Origin: Malacoraja senta
Lineage: Eukaryota
Direction of reading: 5' to 3'
Assembly: GCA_038087875.1 (NCBI GenBank)
Contig: CM075988.1
Coordinates: forward strand, 27,096,001-27,160,000
Length of the DNA: 64,000 nucleotides
Shown here: piece by piece, positions 41,701-53,445 of the stretch
Position numbering within the stretch: the first letter of the stretch is position 1
Layout of the letters: the number at the start of each line of letters is the position of its first letter
Made by a program: the position numbers and the translations under genes
The notes under the pieces: model-generated
Seen by the model: only the letters and a program-made list of their open reading frames with translations
What the model was told of the DNA's origin: nothing
Database searches by the model: none

Positions 41701-43242
41701 AGGATGGAGTTGAAGATTTGTGAATGGGCCCTTGGAAAGGTTAGGGCTCACAGCACAATGAGAAATCCACAGAGGGAATCCCGTACAACACACTCTTACA
41801 AATTGGGACTTTATTCATCTGGGTAGGAATGAGGTGCCTTAACTCCATCTGAATAACCTTTGCCAGCTAATTGGGTATGGACAAGGATGACAGATGCTTT
41901 GTGATTTTGTCACTCACTCCAGCGGGGTGCATGCATAATATAGGATTATTTCAGAGCAATGACAATTAGTGTCATAAAATTATTCCAACTGGAACACAAA
42001 TCACCATGTGCAGTGAAAATACTTTGAACAGTAGCTTGTTGTTACTGTATTTACCAATCAGCCAACAATAGGGTCAAATGGTGAAGGAAGGCAGGTCAAG
42101 CAGAATCTTCAATTCCCACATTAGGTCTGCACTTAGTTTATAATTAAAAAAAAAAAATTTTATGCTGAAGCCAGGTAACCAGTTCTGATAAATGGACCCA
42201 AGAGGTCTACTTTGAGATAGAGGGCTGGTTTTTGAGGCAGGATTTCAAAAGGTAATGGGATTATTTTTGGTGCTACTTATAACCTTTTCCTCTTCTGTGT
42301 AATTAGAAATCAAATATATACTTCAAACTGAAATGCCTCCGAGCATAGCAGAGTGCTCAATATCAATGCTTATTCACCCTCAGTTTTAAAATGATTGTAA
42401 AGATCACATCTTTCTGTAGCATTGCTCCCCTCTCTGTCTCTTTCTCCTGCCCAGCAACCCACCAAGATTTCAATACATCTCCTTGATCTTATGGGCATCT
42501 CCAATTTCTATTCATCCACTAATAGTGGCTGTGTGTCTTCTACCTAAAATCCACCTTAAAACCTGTTTGTAGGAACTTAGTCATACAGCACTCTAACGGG
42601 TCCTTTGGCCCAACTCATCCATACTGACCAAGATGTTCCATCTAAACTAGTCCCATTTGGCCCATATCCCTTTAACCTAAACATTTAAACCTATTATGCC
42701 AACATCTGTGCAATTTGCTATCAAATGACTCTCATTGCAGTATGTTGGGAGATGCTACTTTATGAAAGATACTCTGTGGAATCTGCCTTGGATCGATTAA
42801 TATGCTTATTTCTCCAAACCTAGTGTTTCACAGACAGAAAATCACTGGTTCTTTGTTCATGTTACAATTACCCTGCTTCCATAAGCCAACTCTCAAGCTT
42901 GTGTTTAATTCCTTTTCATTAAACACACCTCATTTCTGAAAAAAATTCACGTAATAACGACAACAGCAGGTAGAACATGTTAAAACGTTACAGCAATTAG
43001 ATTTAGGAAATTCCTCATCAGTGTGGCACTGCAGGCAATGTAAAAATGCTCAAAATGATTCATGTTTTTTTTAATTGCCTGAGGAGTTCATAAAGAAGGG
43101 GGTCACCATCTTTAATTTTAAACTGCTTTGAGCATAAAGTAAGGAAGCACTTTACCATGAAAAGGATAATGGAAACACAAAACTCTCCTTAAAAGTTAGA
43201 ATCAATTGAACCATTAAATAAAGTTAATAGAGTTCTGTTTGT

Positions 43243-43421
43243 TTGTTCAAACCGCAAGGTATAGATAGCAAACAGGTTGTGAGGAACAGCAGGGACTAAT
43301 GGATAGTCCGAGCAGGATCGAGGGACTGAATTGTTCAAACCGCAAGGTATAGATAGCAAACAGGTTGTGAGGAACAGCAGGGACTAATGGATAGTCCGAG
43401 CAGGATCGAGGGACTGAATTG
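43243..43421. repeat. Perfect 88-bp tandem duplication
   Basis: ttgttcaaaccgcaagg...gggactgaa starts at 43243 and 43331; followed by a poly-C run. Confidence 0.95.
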
Positions 43422-44042
43422 CCCCCCCCCCCCCCCCCCCCTCCTGCTGCTGAGCTCAGTTTGCAAGCTGTAGGCTTGTTGCTATTAATTATGGTGGATG
43501 AGAATGTTGCAGTCGAGAGACCTCATCAAACAAAAGCTCTCTTACATAGTTTCCTCAGAGTTTGGTTGCTGTGAATTAGATGTTGCTTCAGTGCAACATA
43601 AAAGAGCAAGGGGAAGAGAAAAGTCAGCCTGATAGCAGATCTGGTCCTTACCGGCACTGACAAGAAGCAGCTAACGACACCAGTAGTTTAGCTAGAACAC
43701 ACAATAATCAAATAAGACAGATCTTATTCTGACAGAAAGCACTTACAGCTCTGAATAAAAGAATGCAATTTTATACAATTGCATAACCCGCATCAGTGGA
43801 TGTCAGCTAACAGATTTCTGACAGATAATTACAAAATCATAATTCATCAATGACAAATCTATCAAATACGTTCATGACATCATCAATAGTGAGAGCAAAA
43901 CTCCAGCAGTTTCCAATCAGATTCGGAGCATTACATTATTTCCTTAATTCTGCTGTCAGACCTGTATCATTTGCTGTGATCAATGGTCTTCTGTATTCAA
44001 TAATGTGAGTTTGCAAAACTTGCTGAATTAGGATCCACTGTG

Positions 44043-44242
44043 NNNNNNNNNNNNNNNNNNNNNNNNNNNNNNNNNNNNNNNNNNNNNNNNNNNNNNNNNN
44101 NNNNNNNNNNNNNNNNNNNNNNNNNNNNNNNNNNNNNNNNNNNNNNNNNNNNNNNNNNNNNNNNNNNNNNNNNNNNNNNNNNNNNNNNNNNNNNNNNNNN
44201 NNNNNNNNNNNNNNNNNNNNNNNNNNNNNNNNNNNNNNNNNN
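44043..44242. other. Assembly gap (200 N)
   Basis: Run of exactly 200 N; truncates the Gypsy element. Confidence 0.99.
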
Positions 44243-45553
44243 CTGTCATCCATATCCGAAAAGACGGATGTTGGCTGGTTTCAGTTTTGGCGATCCGATC
44301 CTCTCCCAGATGTCCTGACCCACTAGCGACACAGCCGCACCAGTGTCCACCTGGAACTGTAGATCGACGTTCGAGACCCGCAGTGAAATCCTCGTCTTGT
44401 CGGTGATCGTAGACACACCGAGCACTTCAGTAGGAATGGCCTCCGCGATTTGGTCGACTGTGTTTTGCACTTTCTTGCCCTTTCTCAGCTTTCCTATGGA
44501 TTGACACACTGCCTGGAGATGACCTTTTCAGTAACAGGCATAACAAACGGACTTGATATACGGGCACTCACGGTGATGATGCGCAATCAAGCCACACTGG
44601 TAGCAGGGTTTCGATGCTCCCCCCTCGGGGGAACGGCTCTTCTGAAACTGTCCCACCTTCTCCGAATTTGCTCTGGGTCGATCAGGTGGTTTCTGGCGTT
44701 GCGGACTAGTCTGACGAACTGTATGCACCTCCTGAGGGAGCTTCGACGCTGTTTCGCCGGCCATTTTGTGCAGTTCTTTACTCACCAGCTCGGCCATCTT
44801 AGCACACTGCAGCACATTCTTCAATGAGGCGTCCGATTCCTTGAGAATCGCCTGCTGGATGAATGCGTGCCTGCAGCCCATGACCAGTCTATCCCGCAAC
44901 GCATTGTCTTGGCACTTTTCGCAGCATTGAGTTTTAAAATCACATGCCTTTGCCTTGGTGCGAAGTTCGGCAAGAAATTCGGTAATCGATTGCCCTTCCT
45001 GTTGCACTGTTCTGTAGAAATCAAGGCGATCTGCGAGGAAATTTCGACTTTCTTCGAAATGCACCTGCAAAGCCGTTTCTGGAGACATTGATGAACACAA
45101 GAGAGCCTTCTTCCTCTGGTCAGTCGTAATTGCCATACTTTCTAAATAAAACTCAGCGCGCATTAAATACGACGACCACCTTTCTCGCTCGGGATCGAAA
45201 TGATCGAATTGCCGAGACGTTAGTTTGAGTTCTGTTTTTTTTAATGAAAAATAGGCTCTTATCTGGGTCTTTGGATGCAATCTGAAGTATCCCACTCCTA
45301 ACACCACTTTCGTGTTCGTTTTCTAGGTCTGAGAGTCTTTAATTTACAACAGAAGTCTTTAGTGCTTTACTCAATGCTGGCACTCAAGACTACTCAAAAT
45401 GGCTGCACACACACACACAGGCAGAGGAGAACTATATACAAAACATCTCCCTTTGTCCTCCCACCCCACACAGTCCACCAAACATCACACACACAGATAA
45501 TATATAATAATCAAAAGTACAATAAATAACCTTGATACGAGGTAACCATAACA
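44243..45553 (-). mobile_element. Ty3/Gypsy (Mag-like) LTR retrotransposon 5' part: LTR, PBS, gag, protease; defective and cut by the gap
   Basis: Gag with two CCHC knuckles (CYQCGLIAHHHREC; CYACY*KGHLQAVC with in-frame TGA), protease VDTGA; PBS at 45289-45306; LTR about 45308-45553 starting TGTTATGG. Confidence 0.9.
45289..45306 (-). promoter_or_regulatory. Primer binding site complementary to the tRNA-Leu 3' end
   Basis: Minus strand TGGTGTTAGGAGTGGGAT, one mismatch from the recalled tRNA-Leu(CAG) complement TGGTGTCAGGAGTGGGAT; directly adjacent to the LTR. Confidence 0.75.
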
Positions 45554-48299
45554 GTGCAACAATCGGAGTCCATAATGTGACCAAAGACAATCCTTCCAGA
45601 TGGGCTAATCCATTGTGATTTTATGCATCTCTTTGCTCCAGAGAAAACAAGCCCTTTCCACCCAGTCTTTTTATCATGGATAAAATTCTACAATCCATAT
45701 CACCGATCCCCAAATCTTCCCTGCTTTCTCTCTTATGCTATTGCATCCTTACTGCAATGTGGTAATTACAATTGAACACAATACCACAGCTATGGGCTAA
45801 CTCAGTATGTTCACACCTTATCATGTCCATGACTGTGGTATTGAGGGCAAAGTTTGAATGTTCAATCACTGGTCCATGATGAATAAAATAATCCCATTGG
45901 ATTTCTATATGTGGAGAAAAGACATTGAAGAAAGATCAGGAAATGATAGTGTTAAGAATAACAATGTTGAAGGTTATGCAAGTGTTTAGTTTATGTGAGA
46001 AAGAACTGCAGATGCTGGATAAAATTGAAGGTAGACACAAAATGCTGGAGTAACAGCGGGTGAGGCAGCATCTATGGAGAGAAGGAATGGATGATGTTTT
46101 GGGTCGAGACGCTTCTTAGCTTAGTTTGTTTTACTTGTACTGAGGTACAGTGAAAAGCATTTGTTTGCAAGCTATCAAGTGAGAGAAAATATTCCACATG
46201 AATACAATCAAGCCATCCACGGTGCTCAGATAAAGAGATCAACATTCAGTGCAAGATATAACATTGAAGTCTGATAAAGTCCAATCAAAGTTCTCCAATG
46301 AGGTAGTTGGAGGTCAGGTCTGCACTGATACAGCTGAGAAGAAACTATTCCCAAATCTGGAGCTATATATTTTCAAACTTCTGTACGTTTTGCCTGATGG
46401 GAGAGGAGAGAAGAGGGAGTATCCGAGGTGAGAAGATAATGAAAGTAAAGCCGAGAGTAAATCTCTGGAAAGTAAAACATTGGAACTATTCAGTGGGTCA
46501 GACAGCACCGTGGAAAAAGAAACAGAATTAATGTTTCTGGGAAAAGACCATTCATCTGAAGTGGGAAAAGTTGAAGATAAATGAATGCTTTATACTGGAG
46601 AGCAGCCAAGAGACAGGAAAGAAAAGACAAAGTTGGAAGGCAGGAGTGATTGCGTGATCGTCAGTGGTGGAACCAGCTGAAAGAGGGGAGACCAGTGAAC
46701 AATGTAAGGTGTCAGGAGAGGAACAAAATCTGAAACTACCAGAATAAAGTAAACAAATAAACCTAACTACTGGAAATATGAAATACAAGTGAAGATTCAA
46801 TGTTTTACAATGAACTGCATATGTTGATTTACTAAAGAAAGACTCAGAATTCTGGAGTAACTCAGCAGGTAATAATAATAATAATAATCATTTTATTTAC
46901 TGGCGCCTTTCTAAAACCCAAGGACACCTTACAATGCATAGAATCACAACAAAACAAAAAAACACATAATCGGAATAAATTAAATTTAAAATAAATAAAT
47001 AAATAAATAGATAAATAAATAAATAAATAAAAAAGAGGTAAGCAGCATCCCAGGAGCATTTCAGGCTGGGACCCTGCTTCAGATTTAACTTTATGTTTTA
47101 CTCGCGTTTCTAGCATCTGCAGTATTTTATTTTTGAACATTAATTGGGCAGAGTCTGCATGTTAAAGGGCTCCACAATGTAAGGATGCCGAGACTCTGGG
47201 GAAAGTACAAAAGTGTAATGACAGGGTTTCTAATGATCAAAGAAGTGTGACTATGGTACCGAAGCTCTTTTGTTGAGAGCAGGGAATGCCATGGGGCGAT
47301 CGATTGGAAGAATCTAAAATTACCAGGCTGAATGGCAGGGTGGATGCAGGGAGGATGCTATCAAATACTTTAGAGAAGAGGTTAAAATTCACAGTTTGGC
47401 TGAAATAAATAGCAGAGATATGTTTAAAGGAAACCCTGAGGTAGAAATGGAATAAAGAGCAAAACTATGAAAACTTTAGATGGTAAAAATCTAAAATAAA
47501 ACACTCAGTTGGCAAGAGAAATGTAAGTAATATTCTGGCCAAAGACCCTGCAGCAGATCTGGAATAGAGTTATTTTTAAGTTACAGGAAAGGTGGGGCAG
47601 GAATTAGTGTGACATAAGGGAATATGTCTGACGGGGTGAGGCCAGGATTGGTTTGGCACCAATCTGCTGATGAAGCCATCGGCTATCGAAATGGGAGTGG
47701 ACCACAGGACTCAACTCTGGAAAACGAGGGTCAATTCTTGAACAAGTGCTTGTATTGAATTGTACATGTTTGGTCCCCTCTCAATTGTCAGCATGTAAAT
47801 TTAATGATTGGCACAGAGCTCCAAATTTCAGATGTACATCATGGAAAAGCAGCTCTGATTTGAGAGTAAAAGTGTGCAACAAACATAAAGAGCCATTTGC
47901 TATTTGCTGAGGATCTATCATGACCTGAAAATCCTTCACTACAATCATTTAAAATATTCCATTAGAATTAAATTTGCTGTTGGAGGCTGGTAATGTTATA
48001 AATGATGCTGATACACATTAAAACAGCATAGGTACGCTTTCTCCATTCTACCTGTCAAAAGTGCTGTGAAAATTGTTAATTAAAATTCAAATAATATGAC
48101 ATCAGGTGCTTAATCAAAAATGAAATTCTTTCATGCATAATCATTTATGCAAATAACTATTTCACTTTATCTTCTGACTTAATTGTACTCAAAGCAAGGA
48201 ATATTTATATATTTAAAATATGTGAAAGGTAGTCACACTGAAATAATTAATTAAGTTGTATAAATGGGTGCAATGGTGCGAATATTGTACTGCGAACAC

Positions 48300-48590
48300 A
48301 GGCAACATGGTGGTGCAGCCATAGAGTTGTTGCCTCACAACGCCAGAGAGCTGGGTTTGATCCTGACTACGGATGCTGTCTGTAAGGAGTTTGTACGTTC
48401 TACCTGTGACCACATGTGTTTTCTCCGGGTGCTCCAGTTTTCCTCCACATTCCAAAGATGTGCAGATTGGCTTCTGTAAATTGTCGCTAGTGTGTAGGAT
48501 AGAACTATGGGTGTGTATGGGTAATCGTGGTCTGCGCGGACTCGGTGGTCCCAAGGGCCTGTTTCCACGCTGTATCTGTTAAAACTATAA
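48300..48590 (+). mobile_element. tRNA-derived V-SINE (HE1-like)
   Basis: A/B-box-like head, V-domain, shared 3' tail. Confidence 0.85.
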
Positions 48591-49394
48591 CATCTTTAAC
48601 ACGTATTGAAAGGAAATATAACACATTATTTTTTTATTTTGTCTTCTCAATCTGTGTTGTTATTGAAAGGGAGACCATCTGATGAGTGGCATGATCCTAA
48701 GATCCTAAGGTTCACTGGATCTGTTCCAGCCCTGGAGCCAGATCCATCTCAAGTTTACACCAGAACGGGCATCATGAGGTTTCAGCATTGACACCATGGG
48801 AGCAGCAGTAAGAAACTAGAGAGAACAGATCATTGCCATTTGTACCACACCTTATCATAGCTTCAAAATATCTCAAGTTGCATCGTGGTCCGTGGACCTT
48901 TGAGCCCACAACATCTCACAAGCACTAAAGTGACTGTTGACCAGTTACACCAGTTCCTTTGGAGGTTCTGCATGTGTGAGGAACTCCATGGGATTCCCAG
49001 GCAGCAAATAACATGGATGGGAAATTAAATGGTGTTTAACTTTACCTGCAGGATGTTGATCTCAGTGGTGAAAACATGTGGTGAGTGGAGTGGGGGTGAT
49101 ATACACTTCCTTCAGTCAGAGGCATTGCACATGGCGGAAAGCAACATTCAAACATTCATCTTCACTTTAAAATTCCATGCTATTGCCTTAGAGTCCATCG
49201 GGCAAGTGTTGTAAATTACTGATGTTTTATGCCCAATTGCATGAACTGTATCCAAAGAGAGGAAATTAGATGAAAATATGTCAAAAGTCAAGAGGAGCCA
49301 AACTAAAGTAAACTTGATTGTAAATTCTCAGCTGCCTTCAAACTTTGAAAAAGAACCATGTGATCAGGATCAGAAATAAACTAGCACTCAGTCT

Positions 49395-49780
49395 GAAGAA
49401 GAGTCTCGACCCTACACATTGCTCATTCCTTCAGTCTGAAGAAGTCTCGACCCAAAAAAATCACCCATTCCTGCAGTTTGAAGAAGAGTCTCGACCCGAA
49501 ACCTCACCCGTTCCTTCTCTCCAGAGATGCTGCCTGTCCTGCTAAGTTACTCCAGCATTTTGTGTCTACCTTCAATTTAAACCAGCATCTGCAGTTTTCC
49601 TACACAAGGTGTTGTAGAGTGTTGGCACAAGGCTATCTCCTTGCCTGACACTAGAGGGTGCTACATTACTGTTCCGAGTCTGAAGAAGGGTCTCGACCTG
49701 AAACGTCACCCATTCCTTCTCTCCCGAGATGCAGCCTGTCACGCTGAGTTACTCCAGCATTTTTTGTCTACCTTCGGCTC
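49395..49780 (+). mobile_element. Composite of Penelope-derived hammerhead-motif repeats with 12-bp TSD
   Basis: Four (C/T)TGAAGAAG..TCTCGACC units at 49393, 49436, 49478, 49680; agcactcagtct at 49383-49394 and 49781-49792. Confidence 0.8.
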
Positions 49781-50169
49781 AGCACTCAGTCTATTTTTAA
49801 GCGACTCATCCTCTTGAATGTTTCTGTCCAACTGTGCAGCCTTGGACCACATTTGACAATAGACGATAGACGATAGACAATTGATGTAATTCCCTGCACT
49901 TTCATACATTCATTAGATTGGGCATTTCTAATGGAAATACATATGGAGATCAGATAGGTAAAAGTATCAGACTTAATCTACTAAATCTATTTAAGATTTT
50001 GGCTATATTATTGGGTTAATTATTTTTTTGTGATAAAGAAGGAAGGGATATTTATAAAATATCATTGGAAGATGTCAGAATTTGTTACAGGTGCCTTGAA
50101 TGGAAAAGTGTAGTTGGGAGTAGTCATCTCTGTGAAGAGATATGTTTCAATGGCCTCGTCGTGATCTTG

Positions 50170-50570
50170 CATCATGCAAAACCACTTTACAGCCAATGAA
50201 GTATATTTCAAAAGTAGTTTCTGTTATCAGTAGTGTGAGGGCGAGTTTATGTTCAAACTATATCAAACAGCAGAATGAAAATGACCAGATAGTTTTGTTT
50301 TGTGTGACACTGATTGAGGGGATAACTATCAGTCAGGACATTGAGGTTGCCTCCTCTGCTAATCTTCAAAAAATTCCATGCTATCTTTTCCTGATGGGAA
50401 GAATAGGGCTGTAATGTAACGTGTCATCCAAAAGACAGCATCTCCACTTTGTGCAACACTCACCTTGTACTGCACTGCAATAACAACTGAGATTTATGCT
50501 CATAATTCTAGGGTGGGACGAACTCTCTAAATTATAACAATGGTGTTACCAGCTACACCATGACTAACAC
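50170..50570 (-). mobile_element. Ancient DeuSINE (SacSINE1/AmnSINE1-like)
   Basis: Reverse-complement hallmarks ctttacagccaatgaagta, aatgaccagata, tcatccaaaagacagcatctcc, recognised from memory of the consensus. Confidence 0.7.
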
Positions 50571-51572
50571 GTAATTTGAAGAGTATTTTAACAAGATCAT
50601 GTGTGACAACACTTATTTACAGACACAAATTAGTAATTCTGCCAGATTAGCAGTATGTTATTACTGCTAATATTCCTGCTCCCGGTAATAGTCTCTAGTG
50701 CGTAGGATAAAACGAATGTACTGATGAGTGTGGTCAACATGGACTCAGTGGACTGATGGGGCCCATTTCCAAGTTGTATCTCTAAAGTAAACTCAAATTG
50801 CACGGTCTGTGAAACTCAGTGGTAGCAATGCTCGAAATGATCGACTGATTTCGTGCACCTACCATGTGTGTAATTATCCTCCACCTAAAATAATCTTCTG
50901 ATGATACTACTTGGCCTTTATTCAAATGGCAGTTTTACTAAGTAAACTACAATCATCAGAGGACACCGGCAACTCATTGATCAACGTGGTGTTGCAAATA
51001 AAGCACATTTTAACTAACTTTTAACATTCACTTTGTGGTTTCCATTGAATTGCAATAGACGTCTTTTAAGTACTTCAGTGGTTGTGCAGCAGGGCAAGAC
51101 CTGTAGTGGCCATTTGGCTGCCACTACAAGATCTATTCACTGTATATGCTGACATCTTTCAGAATATTATAATTATCGTATCTTGCAAAGGAGAAAATAT
51201 TTTCATATTATCAGAAACAAATTAAAATTAATAACTTTTAAAATAATAACAAAATCAAAGTCATGAGCATGGACACAGTCCCTGCGGCCAACCAGGTTCA
51301 CTCCAATCATCAAACTATTATTCACGCTAATCCTGCACTAATTCCAGTTTATTTTTTAATCACATTCCCATAAACTGCCCCCTGATTTTACCACTCCCAT
51401 ACAAAGTCTATTACCATGGGCAATTAACCTTCTAATCCACATGCCTGGGATGTGGAAGGAAACTGGAGCATCCGGAGGAAACTCAAGCAGGGAGGACAAC
51501 AGGAGAGATTAGTGAGACCTGCAAATGGGAGTGTGATGTTGTAAATTTAACTCAAATTCCATGTTACTTTCT

Positions 51573-51735
51573 TAGAAACATGGAAAAATAGCTGCAGGAG
51601 TAGGCCATTCGGTCCTTTGAGCCAGCACCGCCATTCTATATGATCATGACTGATAATCTAAAGTCGATACCACATTCCTGCTTTTTCCCCATAATCCCTT
51701 GATTCCTTTAACCCCAAGAGCTAAATTTAACTCTC
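51573..51735 (-). mobile_element. CR1 3' tail fragment
   Basis: tagaaacatgg...gcaggagtaggccattcgg..., same tail as 20161 and 32279. Confidence 0.8.
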
Positions 51736-53335
51736 AGATGATTGAGTCTTGTACAATGTTTCTACTCTCAGCTTATTGATATATTTGCTTAACTACATCA
51801 CACCAATAGTGTTTGCTCTTAATAAGACTGGATGAAACCACCCATTGAAATGAATCTATCTTGGATCAATTTGGCCAACAAGTGGGTAAGAAAAGGGAGT
51901 AAAATTAAAAACTAGATCTGGAGGAATGTCTAATAGGCAGCTGACGATTGCCTGTCTAACCATTGCTCAAAGTGAACCTGACCGTTTGTGGTGATTGTTC
52001 TGCAACCCGTATTTATCAGTGCCTTCACCACTTAAAGGACAGCCACAAACCCAAACAACATAAAACATGAAGGAATGGTTAATACATCAGGCTTTATGCC
52101 AGGTCTCTTGGCAACCATTAAGTCTCACAGCTGACTAGACAATGTTTAAAGATAATTTGTCACCCAGTCCTCGTCACTAAAATGTTTTAGCCGAGTAAAG
52201 GATGATTGAGTCTTGTACAATGTTTCTACTCTCAGCTTATTGACATGTTTGCTTAACTATATCACACTAATAGGGTTTGCCCTGTCAGCATATTGTCCTC
52301 AAAGATGTGTCTATCCAGTGCCATAGTTTGTAATTCAGGCGGTCAGATGTGGATTAGTGGCAGCCCTCACTCTCCTTGTACACAAGGTTGCCAGTCAATA
52401 ACTCAGCCCAGAGCCTCAAACACAAAATCTATGGGGGGGGGGGGGGGGGGGGGGGGGGGGCTATACTGTCAGAAGTGCTAATGTCCTACTGGATGGCACA
52501 CAACAAAAAAGATTTTCACTGTACCTCAGTACACATGACAAACTCAACTAAACTCAACTAAACTTTCGAATAAGGCATTAAACTCAATATGCACCGGATA
52601 TAAATGATTCTATAACACCATTTTTAATAAAAGTAATTTTTATTGCGTTGGTCAATGTTTCCCTCTGAACCAAGTTATACGGTTGCTGAATTTGTGAGAT
52701 GTAACTGCCTTCAAATTGGTTTCTGCAAATGTGATATCACAACCACGTCTGGGCTAAAAAGCATTTCATTGGCCGTGAACCACTCGGAGACAGTGTCATC
52801 ACAGCTATCATGCAAAAGAAAGTATTTTTGTGCAGGGCTTTCCACATCATTTCAGAAGTCTTTTGTCATACAGAATAAACTCAAGATCTATGCTTTCTCG
52901 TCCAAAAAGTTGAACAATCCCATGGTGCCATTTGAAAGGCAATAGTGTTTCGCAATGTTTCATGTTATTGTCATTGCCAGCCAGGCTGAACATGGCTTGC
53001 TTGATTTCCCTGTCAAACAAGTCTGCTAATCATCCCATTGTTAATGGCAAGATTGATTTCATTCACATCATGTATCTGTAACTATCCTCCACTCACTGCA
53101 TTGTTCTGGAGACATTTCTCTCCTTTTATTTTGCCAACACGTCGGTGAGACGATGACCAATACCTGCCTCGTGGGGTTTTTGAAATTCGTTACTGTATTT
53201 ATTAATATGTCAACAGAAACCGCATTTTATCTTGTGAAGTGTTTCAAGGTGTTGGGTGGCTATTTAATGAAGTTATGTTGAACTTGTCATTGAATTGTGA
53301 CTGTTCTATTCACACGGAGATCTCTCTTTGCCAAG

Positions 53336-53445
53336 GTGGTGGGAGAATGGAGATTCAGCAGGATCCACTGCAACATATTTGTCACGCTTGATGTCATGAT
53401 GTGCACGGCCAGTATCCTTAACCTTTGTGCCATCAGCATTGACAG
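53336..53445 (+). CDS. DRD2: Dopamine D2 receptor, exon equivalent to human exon 3 (ECL1-TM3)
   Basis: ccaag|GTG...GACAG|gtaat; 110 bp; translates [37 protein letters not shown] with Asp3.32 and the start of the DRY motif. Confidence 0.96.

Noticed and set aside
43620..43665. KVSLIADLVLTGT, faintly like TM2 VSLAVADLLVAT of the missing DRD2 exon
   Set aside because: No flanking TM1 or TTTNY similarity, and far below the identity seen in the true exons
49390..49520. Regularly spaced 42-43 bp repeats resembling a CRISPR array
   Set aside because: Eukaryotic context, no cas genes, intervening sequences are related to each other, and the units are Penelope terminal-repeat fragments
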